From the IMG/VR virus record IMGVR_UViG_3300028591_000084: a stretch of DNA of 64,000 bases. The stretch is one strand, 5' to 3'. The notes beneath the pieces are model-generated. The model searched no databases, was not told where the DNA came from, and saw nothing but the letters and a program-made list of their open reading frames with translations. A program made the translations under genes and the position numbers. Positions 10,416-19,083 of this stretch are shown here, one piece after another; position 1 is the stretch's first letter, and each line of letters opens with the position of its first letter. This DNA is from a virus (lineage: Duplodnaviria; Caudoviricetes).

Positions 10416-10436
10416 CCCTTTAATTCTTTATTATTG
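10416..10436 (+). promoter_or_regulatory. phage promoter motif
   Basis: ccctttaattctttattattg; ATG at 10439. Confidence 0.65.
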
Positions 10437-10438
10437 AT

Positions 10439-11062
10439 ATGATAGAATATAAATTTGGTTGTATTTTTGAGACTTCTTGTCAAACTATCACAAACACGGT
10501 CAACACAGTAGGAGTTATGGGTGCAGGATTAGCTCTAGTTTTTAAAGCTCTGTATCCAAAAATGTTTAAAATCTATAAAGAATATTGTGACCGTGGACAG
10601 TTTAGACCAGGAATGTTATGGATTTACAAGGGATCAGAGAGATGGCCACAAGTACTAAATTTTCCAACTAAATTACATTGGAAGAACCCTAGTACTATTC
10701 CTATTATTGAGGATGGACTAAAAAAATTAGTGGAAACCTATAAAGAAAAGAGTATAACTTCATTAGCTATACCGGTTTTAGGAACTAATAATGGGAGATT
10801 AGATCCCAGAGTTGTTGTTCCTGTTATGGAACATTATCTTAGAAGACTCAATATACCAGTAGAAATCTGGACTCATAAAAGTGATTCAGTTAACCCTATT
10901 TGGGAAGAACTTAGAAATTCATGTGTTGCTGGGAGATCTAGATTTGAAGATCTTGTTCTTAGTAGTAATGGGTTTGTTGATTTGGCTAAATCTTGTGCAA
11001 CTCTTGGGAGGAAAGATGATTTTGGAGAAGAGATTAATAAACTAATAAAAATAGAAAAATGA
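10439..11062 (+). CDS. DarG-like macrodomain ADP-ribosylhydrolase, copy 1
   Basis: NTVNTVGVMGAGLA, NFPTKxHW and SLAIPxLG motifs. Confidence 0.85.
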   Translation: MIEYKFGCIFETSCQTITNTVNTVGVMGAGLALVFKALYPKMFKIYKEYCDRGQFRPGMLWIYKGSERWPQVLNFPTKLHWKNPSTIPIIEDGLKKLVETYKEKSITSLAIPVLGTNNGRLDPRVVVPVMEHYLRRLNIPVEIWTHKSDSVNPIWEELRNSCVAGRSRFEDLVLSSNGFVDLAKSCATLGRKDDFGEEINKLIKIEK

Positions 11063-11673
11063 TAGAGTTTAAAGAAGGTTGTTTATTTTCAACTAATTGC
11101 CAGACTATAGTTAATACTGTTAATACTGTAGGAGTTATGGGTACTGGATTAGCTCTAGTTTTTAAGGCCATGTTTCCAAAGATGTTTCAAGAATATAGGT
11201 ATTACTGTAGATCTGAAATGTTTGGAGTTGGTAAATTGTGGCTATACAAAAATACAAACAGGTGGCAGGTTTTGAATTTTCCAACTAAAACGCATTGGAA
11301 AAATTATTCAGAACTTCCGATTATAGAAGCATCTCTCTATAATCTCTTGGCAACTTATAAAGATCGAGGAATTACATCATTAGCCATCCCTATGTTGGGG
11401 TGTCAAAAGGGAGGCCTAAGATCTAAACAAGTATTTCCGTTGATGAAAAAATATCTTGACCAGCTTGATATACCGGTTGAGCTCTGGACTAATAATAAGA
11501 AGCACGTTAATCCTATTTGGGCTGAATTATACGCAGCCAGCAGAGACGCTGATAGTCCCTTTAAAAGATTAGTGCTTAGTTGCAGAGACTTTGAAGACTT
11601 AAGTAAGAAAGTTGGTGATAGAAAAGACGTTTTTGGAGTTGAAGTTAATCGAATAATTAGATTTGAGCCTTAA
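11059..11673 (+). CDS. DarG-like macrodomain ADP-ribosylhydrolase, copy 2
   Basis: NTVNTVGVMGTGLA, NFPTKTHW and LAIPMLGCQKGGL motifs. Confidence 0.85.
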   Translation: MIEFKEGCLFSTNCQTIVNTVNTVGVMGTGLALVFKAMFPKMFQEYRYYCRSEMFGVGKLWLYKNTNRWQVLNFPTKTHWKNYSELPIIEASLYNLLATYKDRGITSLAIPMLGCQKGGLRSKQVFPLMKKYLDQLDIPVELWTNNKKHVNPIWAELYAASRDADSPFKRLVLSCRDFEDLSKKVGDRKDVFGVEVNRIIRFEP

Positions 11674-11709
11674 ATGCATACGTTGTTAAATTCTTCCATT
11701 TTTATTAAG

Positions 11710-11745
11710 AAAGGTAGTGGTCTGTGAAGATCGCTACTTTTTTTG
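11710..11745 (+). terminator. intrinsic terminator with UGUGAA loop
   Basis: ggtagtggtc-tgtgaa-gatcgctact followed by a T-run. Confidence 0.7.
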
Positions 11746-11777
11746 TTTTATATTAAAATTTTAATAGAAGATAGGTA

Positions 11778-11819
11778 TTTCAAAACCTACCTCTAAATTC
11801 TCCTCAAAGCCTTATATAT
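11778..11819 (+). repeat. 42-bp promoter-containing repeat, copy 1
   Basis: Exact reverse complement of 29703-29744. Confidence 0.9.
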
Positions 11820-11842
11820 AGTAATAATTAATTTATACAACT

Positions 11843-12046
11843 ATGGGATATCTAGTGAATGGTTTATTGAGCTACGTCATCACCACAGGAGCTGTGATGA
11901 GCGGAAATGCTTTAACTGACTGCATAAAGATTTTTATGCTAAGTCAGAAGAGAGATTTGGAGGAGGAGTATCAGCAGATGCTCCTTGAGAAAGAAGCTTC
12001 CCTAAGAGTTAGGGAAGAAAAAATTGGAGAAAGGATATTGTCATGA
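11843..12046 (+). CDS. small hypothetical protein
   Basis: 67 aa, directly behind the repeated promoter. Confidence 0.55.
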   Translation: MGYLVNGLLSYVITTGAVMSGNALTDCIKIFMLSQKRDLEEEYQQMLLEKEASLRVREEKIGERILS

Positions 12047-12201
12047 AAAAAAATAATGTTCTTTCTAGAATGATATCTGGCGGCTTAAACAGAGTCGTCA
12101 GTAATTTCGAATCAGAAATGCTTGGGTTTGCCCAAGATTTAAAAAGGAACCTCTATTTAAAAAGAGAGGTTGCAGAGCTGAAAAAAGGAGAAGGACGTTG
12201 A
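12043..12201 (+). CDS. small hypothetical protein (52 aa; not in the ORF track)
   Basis: MKKNNVLSRMISGG...GEGR*; ATGA overlap; terminator follows. Confidence 0.55.
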   Translation: MKKNNVLSRMISGGLNRVVSNFESEMLGFAQDLKRNLYLKREVAELKKGEGR

Positions 12202-12236
12202 GCCCTTCTTTTTTTTTATTTTTAACAATAAGAGGT

Positions 12237-12404
12237 AAAAAAAGATTTCGGTTGGGAACTAAAATATAAGCTTAAACCTATATTCACCTTTTTAGTTCCC
12301 AACCTAATTTCTTAAACTCAAGTCCTTTTTTAATCTGACTTGAAACGACCTGACTTTCCCGGGAGACTTATAGTAAGTCTTGTGGAAAATCTAAGCTGAA
12401 ATTC
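12237..12404 (-). ncRNA. candidate structured ncRNA
   Basis: Promoter-like CCTTATAACCG at 12407-12417 (minus); hairpins agactta/taagtct and tcaagtc/gacttga; perfect 15-bp stem 12250-12264/12290-12304; U-run. Confidence 0.45.
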
Positions 12405-12444
12405 CTCGGTTATAAGGCATTGATCCTCCCTGATTGGTAAAATC

Positions 12445-12963
12445 TTAGCCTTCAATAATATCGTACCAGGGATAATTATCATCTGGATCAATGAAAAAGA
12501 CGCTATACAATCTCTTATTTAGAATGTCAGGATCATCGTCTTCTACTTCGAAATCATCTCTTACCTGATCCAAGTCATCAATTGCTTTTTTATCTTCATA
12601 GACCTTTCTTAGCGTAGTCCAGATATCCAATCCCTTGTCACCTATTTTCTTAATGACCGAATTGACACAGAATAAGTCGCCCTCTAGAATAATATCCTCC
12701 TCATCGCTTAAAAGATCTATATCTTCATCAACGATCCACTCTCCTGAAACAGGATCAACCTTAAATACGCCGAGAATAACAGCATTAATCTCGCGCAATC
12801 CTGAAATCTCGAACAAACTAATAGCTAATTTTCCAAGATCGTCGCTTTCCAGATAATTGATTCTTAGATCTACAAATTCTTTTAATCTCTTTAAGACGTT
12901 AACATCTGTAATTTTCTTCAGCTCTTCAACAATCGGTGATACCGTCATTTTTCTTTTCTTCAT
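12445..12963 (-). CDS. acidic hypothetical protein
   Basis: 172-aa ORF. Confidence 0.6.
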   Translation of the reverse strand: MKKRKMTVSPIVEELKKITDVNVLKRLKEFVDLRINYLESDDLGKLAISLFEISGLREINAVILGVFKVDPVSGEWIVDEDIDLLSDEEDIILEGDLFCVNSVIKKIGDKGLDIWTTLRKVYEDKKAIDDLDQVRDDFEVEDDDPDILNKRLYSVFFIDPDDNYPWYDIIEG

Positions 12964-13517
12964 TAGTATATTTTATCACTTAGAATAATATAAATATCCA
13001 TTCTATCTTTATCAGACAATTTCTCATTGAACCAATCCAGCTCTTCTCCGTTGTGTCTGATAATATAATATTCATCACCCTTTCTACCAAAACCTTTGCC
13101 CCATTTACCTAGATCAACATCTTTATAGGATCCTGGCTTAAAATATTTGGGTAATTCTTTCATTACGTCTTTAACTAAACCAGTCATAGCTTTGTTATAA
13201 GACTCTACTATGTTTTTTAAGGTTTTGCCAGACTGCTTGCTTTCATACTCATCAACAAACATTAAGATCTTTTGAATATCGCTAATTAAAGCTTCTTCGC
13301 CAGTCCAAGGATAAGTATGGCCTTTAAGAACAGTTACGATTTCCCCTGTACCCGCTATTCTACCTATTAGATCACAGACTCCCTCAATAGTATAGGGGAA
13401 GAACTGTCCTGGCGCTATAGTCTTGCAAATTATTCTATCAACCGTCACCAATAAGTTCTTAATTCCAATATCCTTATTCTCCTGGATATGTCTGTATTTT
13501 ATACTAAAGTCCCTCAT
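12963..13517 (-). CDS. hypothetical protein
   Basis: Start re-assigned to ATG 13517 (MRDFS), overlapping the upstream stop. Confidence 0.6.
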   Translation of the reverse strand: MRDFSIKYRHIQENKDIGIKNLLVTVDRIICKTIAPGQFFPYTIEGVCDLIGRIAGTGEIVTVLKGHTYPWTGEEALISDIQKILMFVDEYESKQSGKTLKNIVESYNKAMTGLVKDVMKELPKYFKPGSYKDVDLGKWGKGFGRKGDEYYIIRHNGEELDWFNEKLSDKDRMDIYIILSDKIY

Positions 13518-13971
13518 AAACTCTAATAACGTTATTTTTAAAGTCAAATAAAACTGAACCAAAATTACAAAGAATATCAGAACCAATCATAGTACTATCT
13601 CCGATAAAGATTCTTGTTTTATCTATAACACATCCTGCAAAATTAAGGGATGGTGCATAGACGGAATCGATTAGATGGCCTTGAGTTTGTAGAAAGTCAA
13701 ACTCTACCTTAGATACCATTAACCCGCCTAAAGAATCAAAGCTAATTCCGGATTTAATTGGAATTCCGCCAACTAATATTACGACCTTATGATCCTTTGA
13801 TAGTCTGGTAGAAGTCGTTGATACTTTAGTTGGGATAGTCTCTTTCTTCTCAGTTGGAATAGGTAATGGCTTATTGAATAAACCTTTATTGTCGCTATAA
13901 AAAACGAATCCTAATCCAATAATAATAAAACTAACTCCAAACGCAAATAAAAACTTACTAATTATATTCAT
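13504..13971 (-). CDS. membrane-anchored retropepsin-like protein with degenerate active site
   Basis: N-terminal TM; FDSLG at the D(T/S)G position; IGSDIL...FDFKNN C-terminal motif; promoter core just upstream of ATG 13971. Confidence 0.45.
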   Translation of the reverse strand: MNIISKFLFAFGVSFIIIGLGFVFYSDNKGLFNKPLPIPTEKKETIPTKVSTTSTRLSKDHKVVILVGGIPIKSGISFDSLGGLMVSKVEFDFLQTQGHLIDSVYAPSLNFAGCVIDKTRIFIGDSTMIGSDILCNFGSVLFDFKNNVIRVYEGL

Positions 13972-13991
13972 ATTCTCAACTATAAGGAAAA

Positions 13992-14123
13992 GAAAGGGGA
14001 AAGTAATCCTCTCAGACAACTTCCCCTTATAATAACTCGGCATGAGAATAGTTAAAAAGGATCGGCCTTCACAGGCAAATCCTCAAAGACTCCAAGGCTA
14101 ACGCTATAGCCTTTACATACTTC
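13992..14123 (-). ncRNA. candidate small RNA with three hairpins
   Basis: Follows promoter 14125-14145; aaggcta/tagcctt, ggat..gcc-tgtgaa-ggc..atcc and aaggggaagt/actttcccctt. Confidence 0.4.
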
Positions 14124-14124
14124 A

Positions 14125-14145
14125 CAATAGTAAGGAAATAAGGGG
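14125..14145 (-). promoter_or_regulatory. phage promoter motif
   Basis: Reverse complement ccccttatttccttactattg. Confidence 0.6.
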
Positions 14146-14205
14146 TTTGTTTTTATTAGAATAATATTTTAGCATTCTCACCCTCCTCTTTTCCTTATTC
14201 CTGAT

Positions 14206-15099
14206 ATGAAGAAAAATAAAGAAGAATTAATTAAAATTTTTGAAGAAACCCTAGAGGTTTGTAAGATTGGTGGTTATGAAGCTGAAAATGGTAATTTTAT
14301 TTCAATTTCAAATTCATGGCCTGGAACTAGGTTTTGTGCTAGTGTACCTCACTCCTCTTCTTCTAAGTGGCTAAGGGTATATAAATTTAAGTCCCCCATT
14401 GTAGATCCTACGAGAAAGATTAAAATAACAGTCCAGAATATAGACACTTTTAATAAGGCTAAAGAATTCGGTCCTGATTGTGTTGTTTTAAATATGGCAT
14501 CTTTCCGTTTTCCAGGTGGTGGTGTCATCAATGGTGCTAGGGCTCAAGAGGAAGATTTGTTTAGGCGCTCAAATTTAGCTCAATCCTTATACTACTACTC
14601 CCCTATGAACAACATTTTTGACTATAATGATTGGAAAAAGAAGACTTCGGGGGAGATTTTTCCTAGTGGTGAGTACCCGATTCCTATCTATGGTGGAATT
14701 TATACACCTCGTGTCACAGTTTTTAGATCAACTGAATCATACTCTTTCTTAAACAATCCTTTTGAATGTGCTGTTATTAGTTTTCCCGCCATCAAAAATC
14801 CGGATATGAATAAGTATGGTATGATGTCAGAATTAGCGGCAACTATGATGAAAGGTAAAATTCGTGGTGTTTTAAGGTTGGCTAAATTCGGTGGTCATGA
14901 AAAGGTTGTTTTGGGTGCTTGGGGTTGTGGGGCTTATAAATGCCCAGCTACTCATGTTGCCCAGTTATTTAAAGAAGTAATAGAGGAGATAGAATTTGCA
15001 GGCGTCTTCAGTGAAATTTGTTTTGCCATTATAGAAGATGCCAATAGTGTTAGAGTTAATGGTAGTAATATTAGAGCTTTTAAGGAGGTATTTTTATGA
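14206..15099 (+). CDS. bacterial-type poly(ADP-ribose) glycohydrolase (TIGR02452/DUF2263 family)
   Basis: VLNMAS..PGGG..NGARAQEEDL and VLGAWGCGAY motifs. Confidence 0.9.
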   Translation: MKKNKEELIKIFEETLEVCKIGGYEAENGNFISISNSWPGTRFCASVPHSSSSKWLRVYKFKSPIVDPTRKIKITVQNIDTFNKAKEFGPDCVVLNMASFRFPGGGVINGARAQEEDLFRRSNLAQSLYYYSPMNNIFDYNDWKKKTSGEIFPSGEYPIPIYGGIYTPRVTVFRSTESYSFLNNPFECAVISFPAIKNPDMNKYGMMSELAATMMKGKIRGVLRLAKFGGHEKVVLGAWGCGAYKCPATHVAQLFKEVIEEIEFAGVFSEICFAIIEDANSVRVNGSNIRAFKEVFL

Positions 15100-15680
15100 T
15101 GGATAATCCGAGATATAAAGGAATTCTTATTGATAGGAATAACGTGCCAATTCCTGGAACTGACTTTTTTGGTTGGAAGTCTAGATCCTTAGCAGTAACG
15201 GTTGTAATTTTAAGTAAAACTAGATCAGGATTGTATGAAGCCCTCGTTGAAAAGCGCGGCCCTGGTTGTCCTGATTACGTAGGATCCTGGTGTTGTCCTT
15301 GTGGTTATTTAGGCTGGGATGAAACACTCAAGGAAGCAGCAGTAAGGGAGGTGTATGAAGAAACTGGTCTAGAGCTCAAAGAAGAGGAGCTATCATTACT
15401 TGGAATTGATGATGATCCAGAAGCGAATAGACAAAACGTTACAGTTAGGTTTTATTGTGAAATAGATGAGAGGAGAATTTTTCCAGTCATTAATCACGCC
15501 TTGTATAAGAAATCAGACAGGGGAGGTGAAGAAGATGAAGTTGACGAATTAACTCTTGTTCCATTATTTTACGTTAGAGTCAACGAGAATAGTTTTGCTT
15601 TTGGCCATAACAAAATTATTGAAGAGGCTTTTTTGAAGATAAAAAATGAAGAAACAATAAAAAAGAAGGTAGGGAATTAA
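15096..15680 (+). CDS. Nudix hydrolase (ADP-ribose pyrophosphatase-like)
   Basis: Nudix box GYLGWDETLKEAAVREVYEETGL and FAFGH; coupled to the PARG gene. Confidence 0.88.
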   Translation: MMDNPRYKGILIDRNNVPIPGTDFFGWKSRSLAVTVVILSKTRSGLYEALVEKRGPGCPDYVGSWCCPCGYLGWDETLKEAAVREVYEETGLELKEEELSLLGIDDDPEANRQNVTVRFYCEIDERRIFPVINHALYKKSDRGGEEDEVDELTLVPLFYVRVNENSFAFGHNKIIEEAFLKIKNEETIKKKVGN

Positions 15681-15700
15681 TCCTTACCTTTATTTTTTTT
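15666..15700 (+). terminator. terminator hairpin, identical to 27071-27105
   Basis: aaggtaggga-attaa-tccttacctt followed by a T-run. Confidence 0.75.
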
Positions 15701-15710
15701 TATTTAGAGT

Positions 15711-15743
15711 AAAAAAAGAGACTACTTAATCTAGTAATCTCTT
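15711..15743 (-). terminator. intrinsic terminator just after the orphan intron
   Basis: Reverse complement aagagattact-agatta-agtagtctctttttt. Confidence 0.65.
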
Positions 15744-15752
15744 GGCATGTTT

Positions 15753-16019
15753 CAGGTTATGTTATCTCGAAGGCTTTTTATCCCCCGAATCAGGCAGTTC
15801 TCATTTCCCGCCTGCTCAGCATACATATTCATCCACTAGGGATGGCGGACACTCTTGGGTAGATTATATTCTTTATTCCTAAAGTTTCACTACCTATGCG
15901 TTACGATACTAGACCATATTACAAACCTAGTTATCTCGGTATTAGCAAATTTCACAGCCTCCACCGATATTGCCCGCTGGTTATCTTAAGTATTGCTACC
16001 TAAGACGGCAAACCAAATT
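15753..16019 (-). ncRNA. stand-alone group I intron/ribozyme (IA-like, variant P7) in a 3' UTR
   Basis: P1 ggT|aa..ttGcc; P2 with GCAA loop; P3 gcgggca/tgtccgc; P4 tcggt/accga; P7 acgcata/tatgct; P8 catcc/ggatg; P9 hairpins; terminal G at 15753 (alternative 15746). Confidence 0.8.
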
Positions 16020-16024
16020 ACCTA

Positions 16025-16924
16025 CTACTCATAAATATATTTCCCCTCCAGTAAGTTATATAGGTCAATATAATCAATCATACAATTATGAGCAGCATCC
16101 TTATCTCTACTACTAAGTCCCCATCTGCCAGAATGAGTCCCTATGTAAACCAAATCATCAAGGTTTTTCCAATCACTAATCGCCCCAGATACAGTTCTCT
16201 CCTTAGGAATTCCTTCTCGCATCTGTTTCATAACGACACAAGCTTGTCTTGGAATTCTGAGATATGTGGTTACTGAGTGTGCAATATACTCAAGTGCTGC
16301 CTCTGAACTTTCCCTATTTCCAAACGAAGGGATCAGCTCAGGTGCAGGCATAATCACATAAATTTTCTGTGGAGCAAAAGAAGCGAGCTTGTCCCAGACA
16401 TCGAATCGTGGTTTCAGATCAAATACGGCTCTAGGCATTATGTCTGGCTTTCCATTACTTTCCCAAGATTCATAAAGACAATCAAGGACGTCACAAATAA
16501 TAGCTCTTTTAACCTTTCTTTCTTCTTGTTCTGCTGGTGTTTCTTCTTTTTTCCAGGGTGCAGATTTTTCACTAGCAGGTTTCCAACCACTTGAAGATGA
16601 TCCACTTCCCCAGCCACTGAATCCTCCAGCAGGACTCCAAGGTTTCCTATCCTCTGCTTTTTCCCAAGGAGCCTTACTTGATCCGGTCCCTGATCCGGTC
16701 CCTGATGATCCCCAGCTAAACGGGTTAGGAGTAGTTTCTGCCATTTCTTTTTTTACTAAATTTTCTTGTTGTTCCATGAGGTTGTAAAGCTTAACTTCCT
16801 CTTCATCAACCTCCTCGTCAATTAAATAATCGTCATCATCATCGTCTTCCGTTGGATGCCCCGTATAATCAGGCGGAAGATATGATTTTCTTTCACAATC
16901 ACTATTATCCATTTGTTGATTCAA
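16025..16924 (-). CDS. HAD/PNK-3'-phosphatase-like domain (degenerate) with a disordered acidic, W/G/S-rich N-terminus
   Basis: ICDVLDCL and YIGTHSGR..SSRDKDAA align with HAD motifs I and IV; 12-bp tandem repeat (GTGS)2 near 16680-16705. Confidence 0.5.
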   Translation of the reverse strand: MNQQMDNSDCERKSYLPPDYTGHPTEDDDDDDYLIDEEVDEEEVKLYNLMEQQENLVKKEMAETTPNPFSWGSSGTGSGTGSSKAPWEKAEDRKPWSPAGGFSGWGSGSSSSGWKPASEKSAPWKKEETPAEQEERKVKRAIICDVLDCLYESWESNGKPDIMPRAVFDLKPRFDVWDKLASFAPQKIYVIMPAPELIPSFGNRESSEAALEYIAHSVTTYLRIPRQACVVMKQMREGIPKERTVSGAISDWKNLDDLVYIGTHSGRWGLSSRDKDAAHNCMIDYIDLYNLLEGKYIYE

Positions 16925-17450
16925 CCGGAGCAGCTTGACCTTGTTCTACATTGTTATCTCTCTCGGCTGGTAACTTATACTCTCTATTCTTAAACAAATC
17001 ATATAAGATACACATGTGATTAGATGTATTACACTCAGTATGATCTTTGTTCCAGTTAGGGCAAGTATCCTGACAAATTGCATCAATAACCTCATTAATC
17101 TTCACGAACTTATTTTCGCTGATGAGGTTTTGAAAGCAATCGGATACGTCATAAAGATTAGCCTCCAGAGTTCCACTTGCTGGCACATAAGACAGTTCAT
17201 CTTCATTCTCAGTCGTTGCGTCTTCATTTCTCCCGATCCCACAACAAAAATCCTGGAAGGAATATAATTTGTCATTCGGGTGTCTCGGATCAATAAGATG
17301 AGAACAAACCTTAACGCCATAAGGACATGCGGTTGTACAAACAATCTGAGCCCCTCCTGGTGCCTTTGGAACTGGACGGAATTCTAATGCACGAGTTCCC
17401 TTTTCTGTTTCAATTCTAAATTTCTTAACTTTTAATACTGATTCTGACAT
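16905..17450 (-). CDS. Cys-rich hypothetical protein
   Basis: Two CxxxCP clusters. Confidence 0.6.
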   Translation of the reverse strand: MSESVLKVKKFRIETEKGTRALEFRPVPKAPGGAQIVCTTACPYGVKVCSHLIDPRHPNDKLYSFQDFCCGIGRNEDATTENEDELSYVPASGTLEANLYDVSDCFQNLISENKFVKINEVIDAICQDTCPNWNKDHTECNTSNHMCILYDLFKNREYKLPAERDNNVEQGQAAPVESTNG

Positions 17451-17502
17451 AATAATATTTTAATTAGTTTTAAAATAAATTCTCATATCAACTATAAGGA
17501 TT

Positions 17503-19020
17503 TCACACCTTCACAGTAACTTTCTTAATTCTCCAATTAACGAAAGTCTTATTCTCTTTTTTTACAGAAATATGTGATCCATCAATAAATACTTTCCTTC
17601 CTGTTTTTTCTGAGAATAAAGAATATGACTTCCCAACATAGATCTTGAAAATCTCATAGCGTAATCTTCTCTTTAGGATCTTACAGATTTTTTCCCAATC
17701 ATAAGGATTCCTATCAATCATATCTAAAAACTTACTATAAGATTCATGAGGTCTTCCATTCATAAGACCTAATCTAATGAGAATTGTAGAAATCTTTCTC
17801 TCAGACTCAGCTAAGAATCCACTAACCCTATAATAGATCATCTCAGTCTCATATTCATATTTTGGATCTTCATATCCTTCATAGGGTGGGTAGTAGAATG
17901 ACCCGTAGATTCCATTTTCTCTCAAAAATAGCTCCTTTTCACTCAGATCTTCCTTGCCATTTCTATATCTATCCTTAGAGGCCTTTACTCTTTTATAAAA
18001 CAGTGCCTCCTTAGCAACAGTATATTTCCAGACAAGACGACTAAGAGCTTCTATACTAAGGGGTTTCATTTCCCTTTTACTTAGTACGGGCAACTTTCTA
18101 AGATCCAACAAATAAATCTTATCTGAATCTTCCAGATTTATGAATTTTGCTTCAACACAATTCACTGATCTTAGTACTCTGGCTAATTCTTCTGGAATTT
18201 TGACTAAGATGAATGCTGTGTTTATACAAGCATCTTTAACAATATTGAGATTTCTAACTACAGTTAAATTCTCAACCTTATCAATTCCAAATTTATTTTC
18301 AGGTAAGGATACTGTAATAGGCTGTTTAAACTCTAGGGATAAATTAGCTCTATTTTGATTACCAACTACGCCGAGGATCTTTACAAAATTCTCCTTAATT
18401 TTCTCCATACAAGCCCTTCTTTTTTCACGAGGGCCAATAAGAGTTCCTTTCATTAGTTCATAATCAGCTATGAACGAGGATCCGGTTCTCTCCAAATCCA
18501 ATAGAAGTTTGGTCACTGAATACCTCTGACCCTTCTTAAAGCATCTTCTTGGAAGTACATGATAATCAGTACAATTCTTATACCACTCTCTATTCCGAAT
18601 AAGATGCTTGCAATTCTGTTTAACATTTCTTTGTATATCTGGAGAGAAAGCGTTATAGAATGACGAAATCAATAGACCATTCTTCACACTAAGAATCAGA
18701 GCCTCCAAGGGATCTTTGTAGTTGATAGGAATGGCATAAATAAATGCCAGGATCTTAGCAGTTGATTCAAAGTCATAGTTACCTGCCATAGGAGGATTAA
18801 CAGTCTTATTTTTATACAGAATAAGAATCTCATCTAATCCTCTCGAATCAATCTTATTAGTTCGTGCAGTTGATATAGACTGAATAATCCTATATCCACT
18901 TTTCAATCCAACCACGAACTGATATACCATCTCCTTTTTATTTGGGAGAGTAAACGTATTAGCCCCATTTGTTGGGTAACTTTCAATTCTAAATCTCGAT
19001 TCGCATATTTGTATAATCAT
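17503..19020 (-). CDS. large hypothetical protein
   Basis: About 505-aa ORF with the promoter core TCTTTATTATTG immediately upstream. Confidence 0.65.
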   Translation of the reverse strand: MIIQICESRFRIESYPTNGANTFTLPNKKEMVYQFVVGLKSGYRIIQSISTARTNKIDSRGLDEILILYKNKTVNPPMAGNYDFESTAKILAFIYAIPINYKDPLEALILSVKNGLLISSFYNAFSPDIQRNVKQNCKHLIRNREWYKNCTDYHVLPRRCFKKGQRYSVTKLLLDLERTGSSFIADYELMKGTLIGPREKRRACMEKIKENFVKILGVVGNQNRANLSLEFKQPITVSLPENKFGIDKVENLTVVRNLNIVKDACINTAFILVKIPEELARVLRSVNCVEAKFINLEDSDKIYLLDLRKLPVLSKREMKPLSIEALSRLVWKYTVAKEALFYKRVKASKDRYRNGKEDLSEKELFLRENGIYGSFYYPPYEGYEDPKYEYETEMIYYRVSGFLAESERKISTILIRLGLMNGRPHESYSKFLDMIDRNPYDWEKICKILKRRLRYEIFKIYVGKSYSLFSEKTGRKVFIDGSHISVKKENKTFVNWRIKKVTVKV

Positions 19021-19083
19021 AATCAATAATAAAGAATTGACCCGCTCCCCTAGAAACCTTAAATATAAAAAGTTATTATTTAT

